DNA from: an uncultured Acidobacteriota bacterium
GTDB lineage: Bacteria > Acidobacteriota > Vicinamibacteria > Vicinamibacterales > SCN-69-37
Assembly: GCA_963738485.1 (NCBI GenBank)
Contig: CAVTWK010000005.1
Location: 388,690 to 452,689 of the forward strand
Direction: 5' to 3'
DNA: 64,000 bases
Shown: positions 44,426 to 54,496 of the stretch, in pieces
How the letters are laid out: each line of letters begins with the position of its first letter
How positions within the stretch are numbered: position 1 is the first letter of the stretch
The notes under the pieces: generated by a model
What the model saw: the letters and a program-made list of their open reading frames with translations, nothing else
Database searches by the model: none
What the model was told of the DNA's origin: nothing
Made by a program: the position numbers and the translations under genes

Positions 44426-47400
44426 ATGATCAATGTACGTCGTGTTCGAACCCTGCTCGTGGCGCTGTGCCTCGTCGGGGTGGCCCCGCTGTCGGCGGCG
44501 GCCCAGGTCACTACCGGTACCGTGCTCGGGTACCGTGCTCGATCAGCAGGGCGGCGCCATCCCCGGCGCGACTGTTGTGCTCATCAGCGAATCGCAGAAC
44601 ACCAAGTCCGCGCCCGTGGTGACCAGTGCCACCGGTGACTTCATCTTCCCGAACGTCCGACCCGACGTCTACGCCGTCGAGATCTCGATGTCGTCCTTCA
44701 AGACGCTTCGAACGGTCCGGTGTCTCGGTCAGCCCCGGCACCCGCGCCGCCCTTGGCAGCTTGACGCTCGCCGTCGGCGGCACGACCGAAGTGGTCGATG
44801 TGCGCGGCGAGGCGCCGCTGATCCAGTCCACGACCGGCGAGCGCTCGTTCACGGTCGCGACCGACGCGGTGGCGAACCTGCCCATCGCGAGTCGCAACTT
44901 CACCGAGTTCATCAACCTCGTGCCGGGCGTCATCGAGGGCAACCGGGCCGGCGATTCGGCCTCGACTGGCGGCGGCTCGAACAACTTCATGATGGACGGC
45001 GTCGGCACGATGGAACCGGGCAGCAACCGCCTGATGGTCGTCGCTCAACGTCGAGTCGATCGCGGAAGTGAAGGTGCTGACCTCGAGGCTACCAGGCCGA
45101 GTACGGCCGCTCGAGCGGTCTGCAGGTGACCGCGACCACCAAGAGCGGCACCAACCGCTTCCGCGGCTCGCTCTACGACGTCGAACGCAACTCGGACTGG
45201 AACGCGAACACGCAAGACCAACATCCTCAACGGCGATCCGAAGACGACGAGCAAGCAGCGCGACTGGGGCTTTTCGATCGGCGGACCGGTCGGCAAACCG
45301 GGTGGCAGCAACAAGCTGTTCTTCTTCTTCGCGCAGGAGTTTCAGCCGCGGGCAACCGGCAACAACGTCGTGCGCTACCGCATGCCGACCGCGCTCGAGC
45401 GCGCTGGTGACTTCTCGCAGACGACCGACAACAACGGCAACCCGTGGCCGTACATCCGCGACTACCGCGCGACCGGCACGTGCAGCGCCACGACCCAGAC
45501 GTCCTGCTTCGCGGACGGCGGCGTCCTCGGCCGGATTCCGGCGGATCGGCTCTACGAGACCGGGCTGAACATCCTGAAGCAATACCCGCTCCCGAACCTG
45601 ACGAACGTGCCAGCGGGACAGAATTACAACTTCCAACTGACGCGGCCCACCCAGCGCATCACGGCCTCGAAGCCAGTGCTCAAGCTCGACTACCAGGTGA
45701 ACCAGGCGCTGCGCACCTCGTTCAAGTACGCGTCCTGGTCCCAGCCGAAGGTGGCCGTCCTCGGATCGCTCCCGGGCTTCAACGACACCATCATGAACAG
45801 CCCGGTGGTGCCGCTCTGGTCCCTGTCGGTGAACTACAGCCTCACGCCGACGATGTTCCTCGAGGCCAACATCGGACACACCGAGCACGACCAGGCCGGC
45901 TGCGGTCTGAACGGTGACGGCGCCAGCTTCTGCACGGCCGGTTTCCCCGTCAACAGCGTGGCGAGCCGCGCCAACACCGGGCTGCTCAACCTGCCTTATC
46001 TCTTCCCGAACGCCAACATCATCGACCCGTGCGTACTATCAGTACAAGGCGCTCAACCAGGTGGAATCGGCGCCGTGGGACGGCACGCGCATGCTGTTGC
46101 CGCCCAACTTCGGCTTCGGCGGACGGGTCACCAACGCACCGCCCAACAACAGCTACCCGGGCTTTGCCGACCACTCATCGGTCAACGACTACGCGTTCAA
46201 CATCACGAAGCTGGCCGGCCGCCACACGCTCAAGTTCGGCTACTACCAGCAGCGCGCCATCAAGCAGCAGAACCAGGGCGCGCCGTTCGGCACGCTGAAC
46301 TTCAACAACGACGTCAACAACCCGCTCGACTCGCAGTTCCCGTACGCGAACGCCGCGCTCGGGATCTTCCAGTCGTTCGCGCAGTCGTCGAAGTTCATCG
46401 AAGGCACGTGGATCTACAACAACAACGAGTTCTACATCCAGGACAACTGGAGGGTCACCAGCCGACTGACGTTCGACTACGGCATGCGGTTCGTGCACCA
46501 GCAGCCGCAGTACGACACGACAGGGCAGTCGGCCAACTTCATCGCCGACCGTTGGACGCTCGGCGCCGCGCCGGTGCTCTACGTGCCGGGCTGCGTCGGC
46601 GGTGTCTATCCCTGCTCGGGCAGCAACCGTCAGGCGATGAATCCGGTCACCGGCCAGCTCCTCGGTCCGAACACGACGCTGGCGATGGGCGCGCTGGTGC
46701 CCGGATCGGGCAGCACCACCAATGGCCTGTTCCTCTCAGGACAGGGCATCTCGGAAGACCACGTTCGACTTCCCGGCCCTTGGTTATGCGCCCCGTTTCG
46801 GCGCGGCCTGGGACCTGACCGGCCGGCAGCGCTGGGTCATCCGCGGAGGCGGCGGCCTGTTCTTCGACCGTCCGAGCGGCAACTCGGTGTTCGCCCAGAT
46901 CCTCAACCCGCCGACGCTGCAGAACGTCACCGTCCGCTACGGTGAACTGCAGACGCTCGGCAGCGGTGGGCTCTCGACGACGACGCCCCCGTCGCTCAAC
47001 GTCTACGAGCCCGACGCGGCCCTGCCGTCGTCATTCCAGTGGAACGCCGGATCGCAGATGGCCCTGCCGTGGGGGATTGCGCTCGACGTCTCCTACGTCG
47101 GCCAGCGTGGCTACAACATCGTGCAGCCGGTCAACCTGAACGCGGTGGACTACGGCACCGCGTTCCTGCCGAAGTTCCAGGACCCCACGCTCACGCCCAG
47201 CACGACGCCGGGGGCGACGGCGGTCTCGCAGGACCTGATGCGGGCGATCCGCGGCTACAGCTCGATTACGCAGAACCAGGGCTACCTGACCCGCACGTCG
47301 CACACGCTCCAGGTGTCGTTCCAGCGTCGGCTGCGCAACGGCTTCTCGTTCGGGTTCAACGACGTGATCGGTCTCTACGACCGCCAGAACCTGGCGCCCC

Positions 47401-48129
47401 GCCTGCAGCACGACGCCGACGGGACCTTCTTCACGCGCGACGACCAGGACGAGGCCGAGAAGCTCCTGGGCAACAACAACCCGCGCGCCCACGTGATGAA
47501 GGCCAACTTCATCTGGGACCTCCCGGACCTGCGCAAGGAGGGTGGCGCGATGAAGGCGCTGGGACTGGTGATCAACGACTGGCAGCTCTCCGGCATCTGG
47601 ACGGGCGCGACCGGCTCCGCGTACACGGTGTCGGCGTCCTACCAGAACGGCGGCGGCAACGTGAACCTGACGGGGTCGCCCGACTACGGCGGCCGTGTCT
47701 ATGTGGTCGGTGACCCGGGAGAGGGGTGCAGCAGCGATCCGCTGCGGCAGTTCAACCAGCTCGCGTTCGAGGGGCCGATGGTCGGCAGCGTCGGGCTCGA
47801 GTCCGGGAACGGCTACCTGCGCGGGTGCTTCTCGAGCGTGCTCGACATGTCGATTCAGCGGAACATCCGCCTCGGTGGCGGACGGAACATCCAGCTGCGC
47901 GTGGACATGTTCAACGCGCCGAATCAGGCGCGGATCACCGGCCGGAACACGGCGCGTCAGCTTCCCGAATCCCAACACGAACCGGACCACGCCGCAGAAC
48001 CTGCCGTACGACCTGACCACGGGCGACGTGGTGGTCGCGCGGTCGCTGCCGCGCGGCGCCGGCTTCGGCGTGGCGAATGCGTACCAGAATCCGCGCTCCA
48101 TCCAGATGCAGGTGCGCTTCTCGTTCTGA
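44426..48129 (+). pseudogene. Oar-like TonB-dependent receptor (CarboxypepD_reg + plug + barrel), 8 frame disruptions as assembled
   Basis: RBS GGAGGA plus ATG 44426. Signal MINVRRVRTLLVALCLVGVAPLSAAAQ. N-terminal domain GAIPGATVVLISESQNTKSAPVVTSATGDFIFPNVRPDVY. The C-terminus ...NPRSIQMQVRFSF* is the typical TonB-dependent receptor ending. Coding signal hops frames at 44516-44541, and near 44709, 45041, 45087, 45213, 46030, 46754 and 47951. Confidence 0.8.
44516..44541 (+). repeat. perfect 13-bp tandem duplication inside the TonB receptor gene
   Basis: ggtaccgtgctcg ggtaccgtgctcg. Removing one copy restores ...QVTTGTVLDQQGGAIPGATVV... Confidence 0.9.
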
Positions 48130-48190
48130 GTCTGGGGTCAGGTCTTGAATTGACGGTTGGGGTCAGGTCTTGGCCCCGAACGTGACGTCG

Positions 48191-48230
48191 GAAGAGCGGG
48201 TGGGCATGTCCCACCCGCTCTTCTTCTTTG
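48191..48230 (+). terminator. rho-independent terminator after the TonB receptor gene
   Basis: GAAGAGCGGGTGGG catgt CCCACCCGCTCTTC followed by TTCTTTG. Confidence 0.7.
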
Positions 48231-48290
48231 TGGGCGTTCTTTGCAGGCGCTGTGTATGCCCTAGACTCGTCGCGCGCGTGGGGCATCCGC

Positions 48291-49375
48291 TCAGCGCCCG
48301 CCGGAGAGCGCCTCGCGCATCTTCTCGGTGTCCACCCCGCCGAACCCGTCCACGCCCTTGAAGCTCCACGGCCAGGCGCCGACGTATCCGCCTTCGTCGG
48401 CGAACACCAGATAGTCCGTCATCGACCACGGGGGCGGCCGTGCCTCGGGCGGATGCTGCGCGTCACCATTGGCCGGGAACTCCCCAATCACGACTGGCTT
48501 CGACACGCCCAGAGCCGAAGCCCGGTGCCCGATCAGCGTGCGGTCGCGCCGCGGATGGCGCACGTCCACATAGAGATGGAGCTGGATGAAGTCGAGGTCG
48601 TAGGCCGGGTCGTCCCATTCATCGGCATACCGCACGCGTGCGCCGCCCACGGTGACTAGACTGCGCGTCGAGGCACGTGCGCCGGTCGGCGACGTGACGC
48701 ACGAATCGACGAAGGCTCGCCCGCGAGAACGGCGCCGGCACGTGACCGCCGAGCCACCCGGGCCGTCGCCATCGGCGAAGCGCCAGCCCGTGAGTCACCC
48801 AGTCGGGTTCGTTCATGACGTCGAAGGAGTGGATCGCCGCGCCCAGATCCGACCTCGCCCCGCCGACGCCATAGCGCGCGAAGAACGGGTCGAGCAGGCG
48901 GGTGCCGATCTCGATCGAGGCCGGTGTCGCCGACGAGCAGGTGCGGTGCCGTGCGAAAGAGGCGCCGGCCCTCCGCGTCGCGCTCCTCGCGATGCACCAT
49001 CCAGGAGAAGTCGAACAGCACGAGGCAGAGCCGGAGGCCATGGTCTCGCGCGGCAGCGAGGGCGGCGTCCATGTCGTCGAAGAAGTGCGCGGCCAGCCCG
49101 CGGATGGTGCCGTCCAATCCCCAGTCGATGCCACCCCGTCCATCGGTGAAGACGAACCACCGCACGATGCGCGCGCCGGCGGCCGCCATGGCGGCGAAGT
49201 CCTGCCGCACCACGTCGAGATGCGCGGTCACCCCAGAGTGGCTCTGCCAGATGTTGGCGCCGAAATCGCAGCCGTAGTTGGGCTTGCCGTGGAAGACCGT
49301 CCACGGGTAGTTCACGCCAGGCAGGGGAGTATCCGGGTCGGTCACAAGGGGTGGTCCCGGCCGGGCATACGACAT
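48291..49375 (-). pseudogene. TIM-barrel glycoside hydrolase (GH5/cellulase-like), frameshifted as assembled
   Basis: GVNYPWTVFHGKPNYGCDFG...RIVRWFVFTDGRGG, the acid/base-like motif DVMNEPDW, and C-terminus PVVIGEFPANGD...GAWPWSFKG. Joins are near 48927 and 48684. Confidence 0.55.
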
Positions 49376-49525
49376 TTTCGTCGATCCCCGGCGCTGCTGT
49401 CAGCCGGCTGATGCATCGACGTGGCGCGAAGGGGCCATGCCTGTGACGAATGCATGGCGGGCGAGGGCGGAGAGCCCCCACAACGCGGGTCATTTCGGAT
49501 ATCGTTGTGCCAGAAACGTCGAGCC

Positions 49526-50877
49526 GTGACGCATCCGCCCTCCACCGATCACCTCATCCGGGACGTCGTGACTTCCGCCGATCAACGGCGCCGGTCTCGC
49601 GAGGCCGTGCGTCTGGTCGCCCGGCTCGCGCCGTTCGCGGCCGGGCTCGCGCTCGTGGTGGCCCTCGTCGCGCGGCTGGCCGGCTGGCGGCCCGCCGTCG
49701 CGCTGCTCGTGCTCGGCGTCTCCGGCGTGGCGCTCCTGACGGTCATCCTGATCGCCCGGCGCGCCCGTGCGGCCACCGATGCCATGGCGCGGCGCGTCGA
49801 TGCCGACGCGGGGCTCGCCGGTGAACTGCACAGCGCGCACTGGTTCGAAGCGCGTGAAGGGGCCACGGCAGACGCGTGGACCGCCTACCACCTCGGGGAG
49901 GCGACCAGGCGCGCCGAGGCCGTCGCCTGGGATCGCCTCTATCCACCTGTCGCGGCGCAACGCGCGTGGGTCACGAGCGGGGCGCTGGCTGCGGCCGTGA
50001 TTGCCGTCTCGATCGTTCTGCCCGGTCGTTCTGCCCGGGCCGTGACGCCGACCGACCAGTTGGCCGCGACCGTCCAGGCGGTGCTGCCCACGCTCTCGCC
50101 TGAGATGCAGCGCCAGCTCATGGCCCTGATGGGCGATCTCCAGAGCGGCAAGCTCACACCGGAGGAACTCGCGGCGGCCCTCGAGGGGATGAAGAAGCTC
50201 GACCCGCTCGACCCGGCGCTCCAGAAGGCGCTCGCCGAGCTGGCCAAGGCGGCCAAGGAAGCCCCGAAGGACCAGGCGAGAAACGCGCTGGATCCAAAGG
50301 ACCTCAAGAAGGATCTGAAGAAGGACGCGCCGAAGGACGATGGCAGCGCGGAAGATTCGCGGTGGGCCGAGGAAGAGCAGGCGTCGAAGTCCGCCAACGC
50401 GGCGGCGAACAAGTCCGACGCCCAGGAGAAGAGCGGCGACGGCCAGGAGAAGTCCAAGGACGCGGGCGATGAAGCCGCGTCGGCCTCGACGTCGATGTCG
50501 ATGCAGATGGTCCGCGAGTCGGCCAGCCAGGCCGATGCCAGCCAGGCCATGATGATGGACGGCGGCGGTGGGGCCAGCGGCGACAGCACGCCGGGCGCCG
50601 GCGGCAATACCGGCGACAAGCCGAACCAGGCGCTGGCAGCGCTGCTGGCGCAGGCGCTGAAGAAGGAAACCGTCGAGGCGGCCGCGGACAACGCGGGCGA
50701 GAACATCGACAAGGAAGACATTCGCCGCAAGACCGAGGCGGGCCGGTCGGCCATGGGCTACAGCAAGGCCGCCGCCGCCGCGTTCGACAAGAGCCGCGCC
50801 GCGGCCCCACCCGCGGTGCCCGAAGCCCGTCGCCCGCTCGTGCAGAGCTACTTTGTCAGGAAGCCCGGAGACCGTCA

Positions 50878-50881
<4 letters not shown>
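49526..50881 (+). CDS. membrane protein with Lys/Asp/Ala-rich low-complexity C-terminal half (first gene of MoxR cluster)
   Basis: There are two clear TM helices (FAAGLALVVALVARLAGW, VALLVLGVSGVALLTVILIA) and a third hydrophobic stretch (GALAAAVIAVSIVLPG). These are followed by KDLKKDLKKDAPKDD...-type sequence. Its stop overlaps the MoxR start (TTGA). The start is uncertain (GTG 49526 or ORF-track 49421). Confidence 0.6.
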
Positions 50882-51873
<992 letters not shown>

Positions 51874-51877
51874 CAAC

Positions 51878-52744
51878 GTGCGTTTCGAGGACGACTTTCT
51901 CAAGAAGCTCGAGTATCTGCACGTCGTCTCGCGTCGTGCATTCGCCGGGCAGAACCGCGCCGATCGGATGGCGCGCAAGCGCGGCCGCGGCCTGGAGTTC
52001 GCCGACCATCGGCAGTATTCGGCCGGTGACGACTTCCGCCACATCGACTGGAAGGCCTACAAGCGGCTGAATCGCCTGCTGCTGCGGCTGTTCGACGAGG
52101 AACAGGATCTCCCGATCTATCTCTTCATCGACGCGAGCCAGTCGATGGCTCAGCCCGAGAAGTTCGACCAGGCCCGGCGCATCGCGGCGGCGCTCTGCTA
52201 CATCGGCCTCGCCCACCTCGACCGCGTCACGATCCTGCCGTTCGGCAGCGCCATCGGCGACGAGACCGTGGCGGGTCGCGGCAAGGGCCGCATCTTCCGG
52301 GTCTTCGACATGTTCGAGCGGCTGCAGGCGCGCGGCCAGACGGACCTGAAGGGTACGTTCACCAAGTTCGCGTCGCGAACCCGACAGCAGGGCGTGGCCG
52401 TCGTCATCTCCGACTTCCTCGACCCCGCAGGCTTCGAGCCCGGCCTGAAGCTGCTGGCCTCGATGGGCCACGACGTCTTCGTCGTCCATATTGCCTCGCA
52501 GGCCGACCGTGATCCCGGCGCGCTCGGCGAGGTCCGGTTCGTGGACGCCGAGACGGGCGAGATGCGCGACATCGACGTCACGGCCACATTGGCCGACGCC
52601 TACCGCAGCGCGTGGCTCGCGCACGCCGAGGAGCTGCAGGCGTTCTGCGGCCGGTACAACCTCGGTTTCATCCGCGCCGATGCGGAGGCCCCCTTCGACG
52701 AGATCATCCTGAAGACGTTCCGCCAGGGGCGGTTCCTCGCATGA
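51878..52744 (+). CDS. DUF58 domain protein
   Basis: FADHRQYSAGDDFRHIDWKAYKRLNRLLLRLFDEEQD and LFIDASQSM. Confidence 0.85.
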   Translation: MRFEDDFLKKLEYLHVVSRRAFAGQNRADRMARKRGRGLEFADHRQYSAGDDFRHIDWKAYKRLNRLLLRLFDEEQDLPIYLFIDASQSMAQPEKFDQARRIAAALCYIGLAHLDRVTILPFGSAIGDETVAGRGKGRIFRVFDMFERLQARGQTDLKGTFTKFASRTRQQGVAVVISDFLDPAGFEPGLKLLASMGHDVFVVHIASQADRDPGALGEVRFVDAETGEMRDIDVTATLADAYRSAWLAHAEELQAFCGRYNLGFIRADAEAPFDEIILKTFRQGRFLA

Positions 52745-54495
52745 GCTTTGGGGCGATGGCCGCATGGCAGGCGTGGCTGCTGATCGCGACGGCCGCGGGC
52801 GTGGCCACATGGCTGTTCTACGTCAAGGTGCGACCGCCGAAGATCGCCGTCCCGTCGCTGCTGCTCTGGCGGCGTGTGCTCGACCAGTCGCGGACGCTGA
52901 CCTGGTGGGAGCGTGTGCGCCGCGCCGTGTCGCTTGCCCTCACCATGCTCGTCGCCGTGGCGCTGGCCCTCGCCGTGACGCGTCCGGCCCCGCGCGTCTC
53001 GGCCTCCGCGCGCGGACGGCTGCTGCTCGTGCTGGACTCCTCGTGGTCGATGGGCGCGCGCATGGCCAACGGCCGCACGCGCTGGCAGACGGCCGTCGCC
53101 CAGGCCCGCGCGATGGCGCAGTCGGCCGGTGAAGACGTGGCCCTCGCCACCACGGCCGACGGCCTGGTGGAGGGCCCGACCTCGGACATCGCCCTGGTCG
53201 AGACGGCACTCGAGCGGCTGTCGCCCTCGGGGGGCGATGGGGCCGCCTGGCCGCGCATCGGCGAGGCCGGCGCCGTCCACTTCTTCACCGACGGCGCGAT
53301 CGCCCGCGCGATCGATCCGGCCGTCGTCGTCCATTCCGTGCACCAGCCGGCCGGCAATGTCGCGATCACGGCCTTCAACGTGCGGGCCGCGACGTCGGCG
53401 GCCGGGAAGGCCGAGGCCTACCTCGAGTTCGCGAACTACGCCGTCGGATCGCAAGACGCCAGGTTCACCCTCACGCGGGGGACGGCCGTCGTGCTCGATC
53501 AGCCGGTGACGCTCGCGCCGGGCGAGACAATTCGCCAAGTGGTCCCGCTCGACCTGGCCGGCGATCCGCGATTGCGCGTGCGGATCAGCGCGCCCGAGAA
53601 CGCGCTCGAGGCCGACGACGAGGCCGTCGCCTGGGTCGCGGCCTCGGAGGTTCTGCGCGTCGCGGTCGTGAGTGCTGATCCAGGCGCCCTGGCGACGCTG
53701 CTGCAGCGCGAGCCCGGCGTGCGCGCGACCGTCGTGCCGCCGGGCGGCTATCAGCCCGGCAACGAGGACGTCGTGATCTTCGACCGCACCGTGCCGGATG
53801 CGGCCCCTGGCAAGCCCGCGCTGTTCATCGCGCCGCCGTCGTCGGCCTGGCTGGCGGAGCTGACCGGCGAAGAGCGCACACCGCGCTGGACGACGGCCGT
53901 GGGCCACCCGACGCTCGCGGGCGTCGATCCCCTCAGCGTGGATATTCGCCGCGCGCGGGTCTACCGAGGGGCTCTCACAGCGGTGGCGTCCACCGAAGGC
54001 GGCACCACGCTCGTGGCGGTGGCCGATCGGCCGGACGCCCGGCTCGTGCTGTTGAGTTTCGCGCTCGGCGAGTCGAACCTGCCGATGTCGCCGGTCTTCC
54101 CGGTGCTCATCGGCAACACGCTGGAGTGGTTGGCCAGGCCCGCGCTCGCGTCAACCGGCCGCCCGGGACCCGTCGAGGTGCCGGCGAGCACTCGTCGCGT
54201 GATCGGTCCCGACGGCGCCAACGTCGAGATCATGCGCGCGGGCGAGCGAGCCGTCGTCACGTTGCGCAGTCCAGGCCTCTACCGGGTCGAGGCCGCTGGT
54301 TCGCACAGCGTGGTGGGCGTCAATGTCGGCGCGCCGGACATCTCGAATCTGCAGAAGTCCTCGCTCACCACCGCCTCCGGCATCAGCTTCGCGGGGCAGG
54401 TGACGGGTCGCCCCTGGTGGTGGTACGCCGTGGTCATCGCGTTCGTTCTCGCGGCCATCGAGTTCGCCACCTGGCAACGCCGGATCACGGTCTGA
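52741..54495 (+). CDS. BatA-like protein (N-terminal double-TM aerotolerance-regulator-type segment + VWA-like domain)
   Basis: ATG 52741 overlaps the DUF58 stop (ATGA). AWQAWLLIATAAGVATWLFYVKVRPPKIAVPSLLLW is followed by LLLVLDSSWSM and a C-terminal TM helix. The upstream extension in the ORF track (52612) is spurious. Confidence 0.75.
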   Translation: MSFGAMAAWQAWLLIATAAGVATWLFYVKVRPPKIAVPSLLLWRRVLDQSRTLTWWERVRRAVSLALTMLVAVALALAVTRPAPRVSASARGRLLLVLDSSWSMGARMANGRTRWQTAVAQARAMAQSAGEDVALATTADGLVEGPTSDIALVETALERLSPSGGDGAAWPRIGEAGAVHFFTDGAIARAIDPAVVVHSVHQPAGNVAITAFNVRAATSAAGKAEAYLEFANYAVGSQDARFTLTRGTAVVLDQPVTLAPGETIRQVVPLDLAGDPRLRVRISAPENALEADDEAVAWVAASEVLRVAVVSADPGALATLLQREPGVRATVVPPGGYQPGNEDVVIFDRTVPDAAPGKPALFIAPPSSAWLAELTGEERTPRWTTAVGHPTLAGVDPLSVDIRRARVYRGALTAVASTEGGTTLVAVADRPDARLVLLSFALGESNLPMSPVFPVLIGNTLEWLARPALASTGRPGPVEVPASTRRVIGPDGANVEIMRAGERAVVTLRSPGLYRVEAAGSHSVVGVNVGAPDISNLQKSSLTTASGISFAGQVTGRPWWWYAVVIAFVLAAIEFATWQRRITV

Positions 54496-54496
54496 C

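Noticed and set aside
44426-48129. Programmed +1 ribosomal frameshifting as the explanation for the serial frame hops.
   Set aside because: The eight sites, and the roughly 16 others in the window, share no slippery or stall motif. The contexts include CTT-C-GAA, TCG-A-GGC, CCG-T-GCG and ACG-G-CGC. No known bacterial gene uses eight consecutive programmed shifts.
52612-52740. The upstream extension of the BatA-like ORF in the ORF track (start 52612).
   Set aside because: The extension overlaps the DUF58 3' end in another frame and is Arg/Pro-rich. ATG 52741 with an ATGA overlap gives the canonical N-terminal double-TM motif at the protein's start.
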